A stretch of 64,000 nt of DNA, taken from NCBI GenBank assembly GCA_036172245.1, contig JAYWIR010000025.1:1736001-1800000 (forward strand), in the 5' to 3' direction. The DNA is from Raillietiella orientalis. Its lineage: Eukaryota. The position numbers and the translations under genes are program-made. Shown here piece by piece: positions 1 through 13,000 of this stretch (positions are counted from its first letter, which is position 1; every line of letters starts with the position of its first letter). Under the pieces are notes generated by a model that made no database searches, was not told the DNA's origin, and saw only the letters and a list, made by a program, of their open reading frames with translations.

Positions 1-1299
1 ATCATCTTTCCGACGGAAGCTGGAGTGGCGGTATCTGCTAACGACAGCGCGCACCGAGCCTCTGAGACGCGCTTCGATGGCTCTCACGGAGAGGGCGCTT
101 CCTCCGCCTTTCATCGTGGGTCGCCGCGGAGAACGGGGAACACACTGGTAGCCTCCCTCGCGCGGAACCCCCCTCTGCGGTTCGCTGCCTCGCCTCGCAC
201 GCTGGAGGAGTTTACCGAAGGAAGAAATGCATATGAAGTTAATGATGAAGGAGATTTATTCGAGCGCTCCTAATCGCTGTTTTTCCTCGGTTTCCAAACA
301 TCCATCTTTGAACTCCCTTTGGCCTGGGGCGGAATGCGAAATTTATTTCCTCTTTTGTGACAAGGGAAACCTCGAGCTGGAATCGAAGGCGTGCTATTCG
401 GGTCACGCTACATGATAGTTCGAGTGATAGGCGTATTTACCGAGTGCGTAATGGGCACGTTTAGAGTGCGTAGCAGTCCAAGCTCGGAGCACGTAACAGG
501 CACGTCTGCGACACATTGCGGGTGCACAAGTTTTCGGTACATGCCAGGTCTCTCTGCAGGGAGCGCAGACGGTGGGCTTTCGGGCCGGACTTTCGCGACC
601 CGCTCACGAGGTCCCTCCGAGGATCCGGTCTCTGCGCAAGCAGAGGAGAGGGGTGCCGCGCGCACTCCGGAATGCCGCCGTCCTTTCCGGTCTGCGCGGG
701 ACGAGCTGCGCTCTCCCGCAGCGTTCCGATCGTGCGTTCCCGCGCGCTTCGCCTCCCCCGGGTGGCACGTTCGGCAGCTACCTGGAGCGCGGGGTGCGCG
801 CGCGCGCTCGGGGACACGGGCTTCACGTCCCGCTGCCGCTTGCGCAGGAAAATCTCAGGCGTAGGCATCTACGCCTGAGGCCGAGGGGAACGGGGAAGGA
901 AAAGGGGGGTGGAGGAGAAAGGAAAAACCAGCCCTGGATGACGGCGTTGTTCCGGACACGTCCCTCACCACCCTTTACCCCCCTCCCCGCCCCCGCCCCA
1001 CCCCTCCCTTTCGGCTTTTCGTTCTTCGAGGTGGGACGCACGCGCTCCGGCGACGCGAGTTGCCATCCTCCCCTTCCTTCACGTCCGTGCATTGCGCAAG
1101 ACCCCGCTGGCCAGGCGTGCAGTCTCGCGGCCGCTCGTTGCGAAAGAGACCGGCTCGGGGACCACGCCGAGGCTGCGGCGCGCGCGCGGGCGCAGCCCGG
1201 GGAGGAAAAGGGAAGGGCGGGTCGTTCGCCTCCTCCTTCCCTGTTGTTGACCCGGAGACCCTAGACAGCGCTGTTTCCTTCCCCTCCCTCCGGCATCCC

Positions 1300-3150
1300 T
1301 CCTTCCTTCCGGCTTTTCCGCAGGTCGCGCCCCTCTTCCTGAAGGGTCCGGAGACTGGAAGACCCTGAGTTCCGCGCGCCGGTGGTCTCTCCGATTTGCC
1401 CGGGGCGCGCTCCGCGAGCGGAAGCCAAAATGCGGTCTCAAAGGACACGCACGCGCTTCTTCCACGGCTCCGGCCCCGTTCTCCCGGTCGTCCAGCCTGG
1501 GAGAACCTCGAAGTGCCCGCAGGTGACTTCCATGCCGGTCATGGCCTGAGGGCCTCCGAGGATGAGGAAAGATTCTGGGAGCACTCAGGGTTGGCGGGCT
1601 CCTTTCACTGGTGCAGGCTGTAGTGTGGGGAACCTTGGTCTCCCCTTCTTCCCGGACCCCAACTTCCCCGCTACGAGTCCTCGACCTATGGGACGAAGAC
1701 CGGCATCCACGCCATGCTAAGGAAAGTCCCAGGGACTCCACGAGGCTCAAAGAAGGATGCCTCCCACAGAGAATCCTGGTCTCGGGTTCTCTGGAAGGCA
1801 ACCCTGCGGCGACAGTTCTCGAAAGCCTCTAGGATGTGGAGTCAGCGTGTCTCTGTCGCAGGAGTGCAGGAACGGCTGCAAGGGCCCCACGTCCCTGCCT
1901 CCGCGCGGACTCTGCTCTTCCCCACTGGGAGAGCCTCATCTGTCGTTCCAGACTGCCAGGACGTCCATTCCAAACGAATGGACAAAATGAGGGCAACAAA
2001 CAAGGGGAAGATGTGTGCGCCGTTTTGGAGCAAAAGAAACTGGGGACAGAACTAGGGAAGGAAGGGGGGAGCAGCAGCTCCACGGCAATGGAGCGGCTCC
2101 CCGCTTCCCTTGGAGTGTCAGGAGTTCCCTGCCACGCTGCATATGCGTTGGTCAACGTCGCTCCTTCCTGACGACGTCATCAGATCGAATCGAGCCCGTC
2201 CGTCCGCCGAAGGGGAAAGCCACTGCAAACTCGATGCTGACCAGACGCACAAGAGCGCTTTGTCCTGGTTAGTGCAAAAATGCGTGTCTCTGAGCCGGTG
2301 GGCGCAAGTGAGCCAGTCGGGAACATTTCCTCTCATCCGAAACCAAAGGTCGGACGGTGTGGATAGAGATCCGTCGTCAAGAACCCAGGTCACCTTTAGC
2401 CGGATGGAGACCTGACTTCCCGCCGCTCGCGGACGCCTTGCTTCACCTTTGAGACAGGCGAATTCGACGGCGATTGATCGACGCCCAAGATGAACGGACT
2501 GTGACTGACGGGTGCAAAGAGGCTGTCAGCGGCCGGGCGGGCTGGCCTCGGGTCTCCTTCTCTAAGGAACTCAGGAGGCCGCTCCGTTTTCATCCAGCTT
2601 CGTGCCTATGAATTCCCGTGCTCCCCACCTGCACCCATGGGAAGACAGGGATCGTTCCAGTAGGTTCCCATGGTGAGGAGAGAACGCAACTGGCACGGTA
2701 GCGAGCTGGTCAGATCCACCCATCGCCTATCCCGAGCGGGACCGCCAGGGAGTGCGCTCCGCTGTCGTCCTCTTCGAGAGCACCCTGGAGGCACTGCCTG
2801 GGACCCCAGGAGGAGGGAGTTTCCTCGTCTTATTCTTTGGCTGCAGCAGCGCCTCCTCCATCATGCGCTGCATCTGAGGCACCGGGTCGTCTCGCTCTTG
2901 CGGAGAAACCGCGTCGGGAGCCGCGAAGCGAGGCCAACCCTCCTCCTGGAAGACCATCTGCGTCGAGTGGGCCTCGTCGGACTTCAGCGGCAGCGAGGAC
3001 GTCGTCGCCCGCTGCCAGGACTGGGAGTCACGAGGACTGGGGACATCTGATCTTCCTTCTTCTCCCTTTAACTTGTTCCTGCTTATTTATTGCCTTTATT
3101 GCTCCCGGCCACTTCAACCTCCTACCGGAATTGCTTCCTCCCCTCACTGC
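1300..3150 (-). mobile_element. Possible degenerate DIRS/LTR-type RT relic
   Basis: LSAPRIF followed by G.HL...RLDD, resembling DIRS RT APRVF...YLDD, in ORF 1079-1801(-). Confidence 0.28.
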
Positions 3151-4360
3151 TAGGTTTCCTGAAGGGAACAGCTCCTTACTCTCCTGAAAAATCCCGTTGT
3201 CGCTATGCAACCTGGTACGGGGAAGAAAAAAAAGAAAAACTCGGTTTGTGAAACCCCACTATCAGAGACCTATCGCTCGAACCCACCGCCTCACTCATGT
3301 AGGGAATGGATAGGGGGTTCCAAGAGAGAGACGTACGCAGCAGTGGGAACAGGGAGCGGGAGCGACGAGAAGCAAGCGAGGAGACTTCAGTTAATCTAGA
3401 CGGACGAGCCAGGGAGGATTGCTGCTTTCCCGCGTCGCCCTGCCGTTTCCCACTCGAGGACGCGTGGCCTGGTTACCATACGGGGGAAGCCACACACAAA
3501 ATAAAACAAAACGAAGAAAACAAAAAACAAATAGGTCCATGACGGCTGTGGAAGGGAGGAAGCGGAATCCAGAAATACGAACTTTCGATAAAGTCGGCGC
3601 ATCCTGCCCCTGTATGTCCTGTCCAGCCCGTTCTTCCTCTACGCCCATCCAGCTTGGGTTCGCCAGAGCGGGGAGTCGAGCTGTCGCAGGGAGGACGCTG
3701 GCAGCGGGACCCGAATGCTCCCAGGTTTCGTTGCCAAGGCGTTTCCACCCGTTTCTCGTCGCGAACCACCGGCAAGGTCGAACGAGCGAACTCCTGCCCC
3801 GCTCGTTCTTTCCCCTCCTCTCTCAATTCCGCTTGCAGACGCGGATGCGTCATGTCGTGTCATTCTTTTGGGATACCTAAGAGCCAAGCGTCCAGAGGAC
3901 GCTCGTCCTAAGCGCACATCTTCCCCTCCATCTGCGTCCCGTCGCGGTGGCGACCTCCTCCGACCTCCCGGGCGAAAGGACCTCTTAGTCCTGGAAGCGA
4001 GGCATATCGTGGTGGAACCGAAGGCTATGACCGAGAACGAGGGTCCTTCTAAGAGAGCGAGGACAGGGACTCCTTGAATTCCGATGCCTGGGTGAGTGGA
4101 AAGCGAGGGCGGGACGCCGATCCCTTCCGTCTACTCCCTGGAGAGCTTCCTGGTCAAAGTTCCTCGAAGATGACGGAGGGACGCGCACCCGGACCAGCCC
4201 TTCGAAGGGGAGATGGGATCCGTTCCTTTACATTGGAGGCAGCACCGGGCGAGACTCCATTGTCCGGAGTCCTTGAGGAAGATTTGGCGGCAGGAACGGG
4301 CAGCGCCACCTCGCCGAAGGAGCAGAGACGAGGCCGGTCGGAGTGGGCGGTGACCCTGAG

Positions 4361-4416
4361 GCCCGTCAGGCTTCCAGAGGCCCGTCAGGCTTCCAGAGCC
4401 CGTCAGGCTTCCAGAG
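4361..4416. repeat. Tandem repeat, 3 copies of (g)cccgtcaggcttccagag
   Basis: Read directly from the sequence. Confidence 0.95.
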
Positions 4417-5899
4417 TCGCGGGAGCCTTTTTTGGCGATGGCAGGAGGAGGAGTCTGGCCTTTTTCGAGGAGCGGTGTCGCGTGCCCGCACGGCGTCTGA
4501 GATCGCGAACGCATCACTCGGGCGGTTTCCTGGCGCTGCGCTCGTCTTTCAGGAAGTCGCACGAGAATGGTCACAGCACGTTCCTTTCGGCAGAGTGTGG
4601 ACCCTTCGGTCCCACTCCGAACCGAGGAGGGACTGGTGCCCACCGAGCAGCAGGAGACCCCGTCCCAATCTTCGCGCGCCCACACTCCCTTCCGGGAAGA
4701 GCGAAGGGGCGGCCCAAGTCGCAACTCAGCAGCAGCAGCAGCTTACCGGAGAACGTCCGGAGGATCCGCAGCTGTCACCCCTGCGGGAGGGCACTTCACT
4801 CGGGAAGTTTCTCTTTCGTAATCCATGGTGCCAGCGCTTCCCCTTCCCCCCCTCTGGCCTCACGGGTTCCGTCGAAGAGGAGGGGCGCTTCGAGATCTGC
4901 AGCCGTTCCTAGAGCCGGATGTTCCCGATGCGGCAATCTTCCCTGATTCTTTCAGCAGGCCTCCCGGACCAACCGACTCGCACCCACCCGTGAATGTTTT
5001 TTTGCCTCCGGGAATCTCTCTGAAAGTTCGCTCTTGCGGGATGAAGCGGGGAAGATGCAGCCTCCCGTCCATTAGGTCTTCCGTCCCGAGTGCTGGCTTC
5101 CTTCCTCTCCGCTACCCACACGGTTTGGACCCACCAGAAAGCGTTCCCTTTTCCTTCCGGTTCCGTGCGCCTGAACGATCTTCCCTCAGGTGGCACTACG
5201 TCTCCGGGACAGCTGGCGTCGCCGGACGAGATGGTGTGGCTCCCCGGACTACTCCAGGTGCCGGCTCACTCCCATCTGCCACGGGACCGAGGCGCCCTTG
5301 AAGGCGGCTGTCAAAGGTCGGGAGGAGGCGGCGGTAGTCCACCCCGCTGCACCTGCTGGGCTGCTCCTACAGGAACTGCGGCTGTGGCTCTGCTTCTTCG
5401 CAGTAGAGAAGCCTCCGTCCACTGCCGGGGTTTCTCCGCTCCAAGCACTTCCCGCGCGCTCGGCGCCTAGCAGGGAGGGAGCCCTCCTCCCGAGACAAGC
5501 AGCGGTGAAGGAAGAGGAGGCCTCCCACCTGCATCGTTGCACGCCGGAGCGCGGGAGGAGTTGCAGTACCGGCAGTCTGTGACCTCTTGACTCCTCCCCA
5601 CTCCAACACTCATTTTCCTTTGTCTGTTGCCACCTTCGCCGTTTCGATCTTCCTGCCCAGCGCATCCGAGAGCGAGTCCCCGTCAGTTTCTCCCCTGCCC
5701 CTTCCGCGGTTCCAGGAGCCTTTAGGTAAAGGACCCTCTGCTTCCTCCGTTTGTTTTGTTTTTCATAAACGAACACCCCGACGTGACCTGCGCTGATCCT
5801 GGAACAGAGTGATGCGGCAACGCCTCTCCTCGAGCCACCTCTCCCACCCACGCGACCCACAACCAATTGGCGGGAAACAGAGGTTCAGACGAAAGAGGA

Positions 5900-7600
5900 A
5901 GTTTCGAAGCAGGGGCAATTTCTGGAGCTGCTCCTGCTAGGGGCGAAGGGAGCCAACCCCAAGACGATCCGGACACGCAGACTTCAGAAGAATCCGGCAA
6001 CTTCCCGACCTCTTATGGCTGCAGCTCCAGCTCCAAGACCGACAGATATTGGTCCGGATTGCCATAAGTAACCTGTCCCGTTCTCCAACGGGATGCCAAC
6101 CGATCACCACGGATGGGTAGAACCGACTCGACGAGGAGGGAGCGTGGAGACGGCGGGTATCTGAGGAGGGCGTGAACCGGGCACGGCCCAGAACGGTGAA
6201 AAGGAGACCGTTATTCAGGAGAGCTGTTTGCTGGCGACGCAGGTGCTTCGGATCTATCGAGAATGTTCTGCAGTGAGCAGAGACCGAAAGACGGCAACGG
6301 CTGACGAGAGGGGAGGTCTGCAGATGAGAGTTCTGGTTGTCCACTTCGGATGAGCTGGCCCACAGTGGAGCCGCACTCGGGATGGATCGAGAGGGCCGAC
6401 CTGGACAAGTCTCGCCGCGAACGCAAATCCCATAAGTCATTTCTGAACTTCTCTCCGAGGGTCATGACCGCCACTGGCTTGTTTCCTTGGCTTTGCCTCG
6501 CACACCAGAGAGAGGTCCAAGCTTTTGCGCGGAGCTACCGTTGGATGCATCAGGGGATGGGATGCTCAGGTCCTTCTTCTACGGGCATGCTGTTTTCTCC
6601 GAGATCTGGTGTCACGTGAGATCACCTCATGCTGCGAGGGGGTGTCTGTCCCGAATGGCGAACACGTGATAGTTTGCTTCCATCCCCGTCCGCCGCCACG
6701 AGCGGGAGCGTTTCTACCCCGGGGCTTGTCGAAATGATGGACTGCACAGAGCTGAAGAAGACAGCAGCTCTCGACGCTCCTTCCACGTTCCCGCTTTTTC
6801 TCTTTGAGGGTTCCCGCCCCGTTGCTCGCAGCTGGAGCATACACAGCGTTTCTCCTGAATTCATGTGTTGACCGCCACCCTATTCCTACTCAATCACTTG
6901 ACCCCGAAGCAACCATCCGTGCCTACGCAAACATTCACATTCGTTCGAATGAAAATCGTTGACGATTATTTCCTTACCATTGGTAACTGGTGATCGGCAA
7001 CCAAGTCGCGACTTTTCCATTGTCTGAACTGAAAGTTCATGAGGCAGTCACTTTCGTCATTACATACCACCATCGCCATCATCAACTCTGCGAGCGACAC
7101 CTCCAGGCTTCATTTCGATTGGAAGTGGCTGCTGTTCAGATGGTGACTCGACCTTTTGATGCTGTAAAACTTGACCGTCTCAACAGAAGGCACTGTTGCC
7201 TTGTGAGATGGGCGGGCATGCTGAGTGGTACGGACGGTGCTGTTCTTATCGGCGGGCGAGCCGAAGCACGTGGTTCCCGCGATAGCGGCAAGAGCAAAGA
7301 TGCTCGAGCAGAAAAGCCTAGTCCCGAGTTCATCTTCCTTGGAAGTGGAGCGCCGGCGAAATCCCCTTCGATCGGTCATTAAAATTCCAGCATTGTTTTC
7401 TTTTCCCGTATGACCGATGATGACTGTCGATAAGAATTGATGGACTCACCCTCGACAGCAGCTGACGAGTAGAAAGTGAAGCTCCCCCCGTGAAAGACCT
7501 TACTTTCTGTTCCTTCCTACCCAATTCCTCCAGGAGTTTCACTGCCCCATTTTTTCACTACGAGTGGGGAAGAAGCTTTGAAGCATCGATGAAAGTGTTC
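5900..7600 (-). mobile_element. Probable degenerate Ty3/Gypsy relic (gag and RT)
   Basis: FTFYS....EGESINSY (Gypsy Gag-like, ~7430-7480) followed by LPSFGLCS (RT LPFGL.SA-like, ~6280). Confidence 0.4.
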
Positions 7601-8545
7601 ATCCGAAGCTTCCTTTCCATCCACTCTCCCCTAATCCACGTGCACGCGATCCATGCGCCATTTTGATCTCGTAACATCAGAATGTCTGCTGACTGATTCC
7701 CATGCTTTTTCTACGGGATCCCTTAAAGAACAGAAAACATTGAGTTTCGTATTCCTCGATTCCTCGATATCTTTTCCTCCCTGGATGCGTTTTGGATTCG
7801 GTGGAAATTTAGGGAACGCCCTAGAGAGAGAGCTTTTTATTTTTTCGTTCCTTCAGCCGTCCCGTGTTTTCGTGAGCGCGCTCAACCCTCTCTTCTCTGG
7901 AAATTCATTGTTTTTTGATGTAGACGGAATGCCCAAAGCTCCTGTTTCCGGAAAAGAATTGCAGAATCCTCGCTGGAGTCGAGAATCACGAGCACGCCGG
8001 TGCACCACGCCACTAATGCTCCTCCCACCTACTCAGCTTGCTGAGTCAAAGTCCTTGAGAAAACAGGAAGTGGGAGCAAAGTCTTCTTCATAATTCCTTC
8101 TTAATTCCTTCATTACCTTTCTGAGCACCCGAGGAAGGCCTTTCTGAAGCTGGAGGAGTGCCTTTCAAGGATCTGAAGGCGCCACTTTTTCATTTTCCTT
8201 ATCAAAAACTGAAGCCAAAATTTTAGCCGTCTCATTCTTGCATTTAAGTGTTAAGAAACTACAATTTCACTTTCTTATGCGGTTCGACCATCCTTCTCTC
8301 CCCGTTAATTTACCGAGAGCATGTTTTTCTTCCTTGTTTAGTGACCTGCCTCGAAAATCCTTGGCACGAATCGTGTGCGTCTTCAGCTGGCTCCACCATC
8401 GACATCTCTTTTTTTCCCGCTGAATCGCTGCTCCGTTCGGAGCTCTCTCTTCAGGAATAGCGCAAAACTACTTCCGAGAAATGCCCTTGAGTTTGCTGCT
8501 GCCTAGCTGAAGAAGGCTGCATGAGTAGGTGCAGCAGGAAACGCT

Positions 8546-9650
8546 ATGGTTTCCTCCCCCCTCCGCCTCGCTCGCTCTCACCATCCGGCGCAGAGGAACG
8601 TGGCAATCCCTGACCGACGAGCACCTCGATCAAGGGAAGACCGTGCGCTGAACCAAAAGTGGTTTACACAAAGCAGCCAAAAGTGGAGATCGAAGAGGGC
8701 CACCAGACGCCACCTCAACAGCAAATGGGGAAATGGGAGGGGAGGGGTGGGGTTCCTGCGCTCCCAGGAGCGCAGCGATGCACATCTTATCTTCCTGAGC
8801 ACCAGCCAGGAGACAGCAGATCGATCTTACCGTCGCTGCCACTCGGTTTCTCTAACAGCCTCAAGCATAAGGAGTAAGGAACTGAGTAAGGAAGGAGCCA
8901 AGGCAGACTTTCTGATCAGCGCGTGCCAGGAAGTTTCGTTCCAGGACGTCGACCGCATCAGGAAGGCGAAGCACGAACGATGGTCGATCCTGGCCAGCAA
9001 CCAAGAGACACCCGGAGTGAGAGTGCCCTCTGCGACCCGTCCTCGACCAGAAGAAAGGGAGCGGCATTATCGCACTCGACGCGTGCTGCCCATTCGAAAG
9101 TGCGATATCAGCTCTCAAGAAGGCGAAAAGAGCAAAGGTATAGGGAGCACGTGCCTGCCCTTTCGCTCTCGGAAGCCGAAGATCGCGGTTGGCGCCACCA
9201 TAGCCTGTTGGCGAGGATCCTGGGACGCCAGGAACGAGGACGTTCCGGCAGAGAAGGAAGTCTCCAGCTGGATCTGCAGGGCGATGGAGGTAGAGGCTGC
9301 ATCACTCCCTCCACACAATCGGATCCGCTCCAGGGGAAAGATCACCAACCTTTATGCCTTCCAGACGCCTCCACTCGCGGGAACATCCTCAGTGGCAAGG
9401 TGGCAAAGATTCCCGAGGAGTGCCGAAAGATGAAGACGTCTCACGTCTCACGCCACCCAGGCAAGGAACATCTTTACCCTCGAACACCCTTTTCAGGTCA
9501 TCCCTTGGTCAGCGACGAGAAAGTCCAGCTGATAGGGAAATCGGTGAGACAAGGAAAAATTAGAAAAATCCTCCTTCCTCCCATTCATTCCTTCTCCTAA
9601 ATCCGAAATAAGGAAAGTTCTTGGTTTCCATCTAGTTGCTATGGTTTCTC
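8546..9650 (+). mobile_element. Degenerate LINE relic (APE and RT remnants)
   Basis: GRGGVGFL (endonuclease-like), HYRTRRVLPIRK (NYRPIS.L-like) and YAFQT (KAFD-like) in ORF 8546-9433. Confidence 0.45.
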
Positions 9651-11299
9651 GATCGCCATACAGAAAACTGGGAGGGCGGGAGGGGAAGAAGGGGGGGAAT
9701 CCTCGCTGCTTCGACCCTCCGGCATCGAGCGTAACGACTAATGGAAAGGCGAGCGATTTTCCGTTTGTCACGGGCTCTTTGCCGGCTGCGATCTTGAAGC
9801 CGACCGCACGGTGAAAGACGAGCTGCGAAACAATCAATTAGGAGGAGGGGACGAGGAATTTCAGATATGTGGGGACCGGAGAAGACGCCAACCGCGTGGA
9901 CGAGCGCCCGTCCGCCAACGGGTCCGACACGCGGAGGCGCCTCGCAGGTTCCGCGCGGAGGAGCGCAAGGCAGGCGAATCCCGCGTCGCGGAGCACGCGC
10001 GCGGTTGGTATGCTTCCCCGAGACGGCGCTGGAAAGAGGGAGGGAGCGGACTTTTCGGGGATCTCCAAGGTACAAGAGCGAGGCGGAGTTGCCCGCCCCC
10101 GAGAGTGGAAAGGCGCCTGGCCTCTGCCCGCTAGGCCGGCATTCCGCGGGCTCGCCGCTGACCCACCCGTTCGCGTCGATGGGAATTCCTTCCTTCCCGA
10201 AGCGGACGCGCTCCGCCGCCGTCGAAAAGGCGGGCGAGACGGGGTGGGCGGGTCCGCCCGTACGCGTGCCCGAGGACGAGAACCGACGTCCAGACGACGC
10301 AGAGGTCTTGCGGGACAGCTAGATTTCTCAGGTGGAAACAGCGGATAGCCGTGGGATGAGACCCGCCTCTTCCTCCGCAAAGATTCCGCGAAAGTTCTCG
10401 ATCCTTCCTCAGCTTCCGCCGAACCCGCTGCTCCTCTTCCCGTCCTTCCTGCTGCCGTTCACTCCTCCACGCGAAGGGGTGGAGCGTATCTCATGCATCC
10501 TCCCCCCATCCTTCACCTTCTCGCGTCTTTCTCTCTCGCTCGTCCTCATCCCTTCTGTCGGCCCTTTTTGTTGCCCCGGGCCACCTTGTATAGGCAAGCC
10601 GATGGATCTGGGCACAGACCTCTTGAGAAGTTGCGCCGGCTGAGACAAAGAGAGAGGAGAAAAAAAACAGAAATGGGCAGAGGGAAAAAGTCCTCTGCCC
10701 CCGCCTGCCAGGGCCACAGCCGACCTGCGACGCAACGCGCGCCTCGGTCGCTGCCTCGAACGAGCGGCCGTTTCTCCACTTCCGCCCGAGTCGAAGGAGT
10801 CCGTTATCTCCCCGAGGGATGGTGACGTCACGGAAGAAGCAGCCGGTGGACCCCCCGGAAGATAATCGAGGGCGACCTGCAGGCGCTTCCCAGGGAAACT
10901 GGGAAGCTCTGTTCCGCGGCGACGGCTCCCTTTCTGGGACCATCTGTGGGGACTGCGGATCGACTGGGGGAGTCACTGTCGAGGGACTGTGGACTGTGTG
11001 AGTGTGTGTGGGGGAAAGGGCACCCATGCTCTTTCCCGAATCATACCAGGAGGAGTTATCACAGGCCGCCGAAGAGGAGGCTGCGCCGCCGCTGCCCCCA
11101 TCGCCTTTCTCGTGCATTCACTCTTCCTGCCAGACGAGGGGACAACGCCATTCTTTTTTTTTGGTTCTCAAGGAGTACTGAAGAACCCTTCCCCCCCCCC
11201 TTCTCAGGGGGCCATTGGAGAGTCTGGATATCGCCACTGGGGGTTCACAAGACAACCGCCACTCCATCCGAGAGACTCCGCGTGTGACTCAGTCAGGTG

Positions 11300-13000
11300 A
11301 TGACCGCGAAGGGAACCACCCTAATTGATCCGGGAGGGTTCCAAGTATGGGATCCGCTCCTCTTCTTCTTGGTAGGGAACCCAGAAGGGAACCTTCAACT
11401 TGATTCTCCAGAATCCAAAGCGTGCCGCCCCTCATTTCTTGTTTACTCCCTTGAAGGGCGTGTCCCGAAGGGAGCAGCTCGTTTCTGCAATCCCGAAGTA
11501 GCTCCATGGAACGTGATGGTGCTCCTAGGAGCGAGAGGTCAGCTCTTTAAAGCAAACCGAAGGGGAACCCCGAAGCTCCGTGATTCCTGGAAGGATCCTA
11601 GAGAGTCAGCTTTTAATGCCGTCGAGTCAACGGGGGGGGGCGTCCGGGTTCCAGCGCGTAAGCGCGTCCTAACAGTGCCGTGCCCGAGGTCCATGGGTTA
11701 GCCCGCGTCATCCTGCAGGAGAGGATTGGACGATTCAAACGGCTGGCGCCGCACGAGAAAGCCACAGCCGCCCGGCCGCCATCACAGGTAGCACCATTCC
11801 CGTGAGTCTCCTTCTACGCAACCGACGATGCTCCGGGTGGTGATCCCTAACGGCGCCGCGGGAGATCTGGATGTAGAAACGTGCTCGCCTCCTTTTTGGT
11901 GGGGTTCTCCCCCTGGCGTCGCTCGACCTTGAGATCTCTGGACACCGAACCGTTCCTCCAGGGCCACAAGGTTCCTACAACCGAGGTGACCTCGTTGGGG
12001 CAGGGAATCCTCTGATCCAGAGCTAGATGCTCCAGCTCCAGAGACGCTGGAGCATCCAGCGCCTCTGGAGCTGATCCAGAGTTCCAGTCGCCTGCACTCT
12101 CCTCCCCCAAAGCCTCTGCGGCTCTTTCGAAGGGACCACAGGCGTCCAGCATGCCGACTCGTCCCTTCTGGTAAAAGGACAAGATCTGGATGGAAGGAGC
12201 AGAAGCTGCAAAGGTGCTTGCATTGTGGCAGTTTACCAGGACCCTCCTCCAAAGAATCTCGAACCATTAGACCGCCAAATTAAGGGCCAACCCTTAAAGC
12301 CTTTTCTATTTCACTTCAGGATGCTCTGTTGAGTTGAGGACACGGCGCTCCGATCCTGAAGCACATGGATTGCCAGGGATGGGTCCTGGCAGGGAACTTT
12401 CCGTTCCCACCCGATCCTGTGATGGCAGAAAGCATTTCGAAAACCGTGTGGAGCCAAACCACGAGATTCAAGTTCCTACCCTCAGGAAGAACAGAAGCTT
12501 TTAGCAGCTTCAAGAATATTCTCTGGGGTCAACCTCGCAAAGACCAGTTCATTCCGAGAGGGTGTCTTCTGACACGATGAAAGCCTCACCCTTACTGGAC
12601 GAATGGGAGTCTCCCAAGCTATTACCGGTCAGGTAAGAAAGGTTGTTTCTGCCTCAAGGCGAGAAGGATAAGAAAAATGGATAGGGACTCTATCCCATCC
12701 AGGATAAGAAAGAGCGTCAATAGTTTGCTGGACCATGTGGGCTCCCGGATTCCGTCCTATAGGAACAAAGGCCAGCTGTAGGAGCAGTCGAAAGAGAAGG
12801 CAAAGTTGTCTTCTACCAATCGAAGAAGAAAAAGGGGCGAGGTCAGATTCACCGTCCTGTGGCTTTGAAAACTCTGAAAAGTCAAGGACGAGGCCTACTC
12901 GACTTGCAGCCCAAACAGTGCCAGCGAGGATTGAGACCGCGGCTTCTGTTCCCAGTCAGCTACCTCCAAGGGATTTTCTGCGGGACGGCGCGCAGAAGTC
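11300..13000 (-). mobile_element. Possible degenerate non-LTR (RLE-type) retroelement relic
   Basis: Faint E...LLQ....H (CCHC-like) and downstream nuclease-like remnants; weak support. Confidence 0.22.

Noticed and set aside
3985..4188. GHSLR tyrosine-recombinase-like motif on the minus strand
   Set aside because: A single short motif; other catalytic residues are not convincing.
4361..4416. CRISPR-like repeat
   Set aside because: Head-to-tail copies with no spacers; eukaryotic context.
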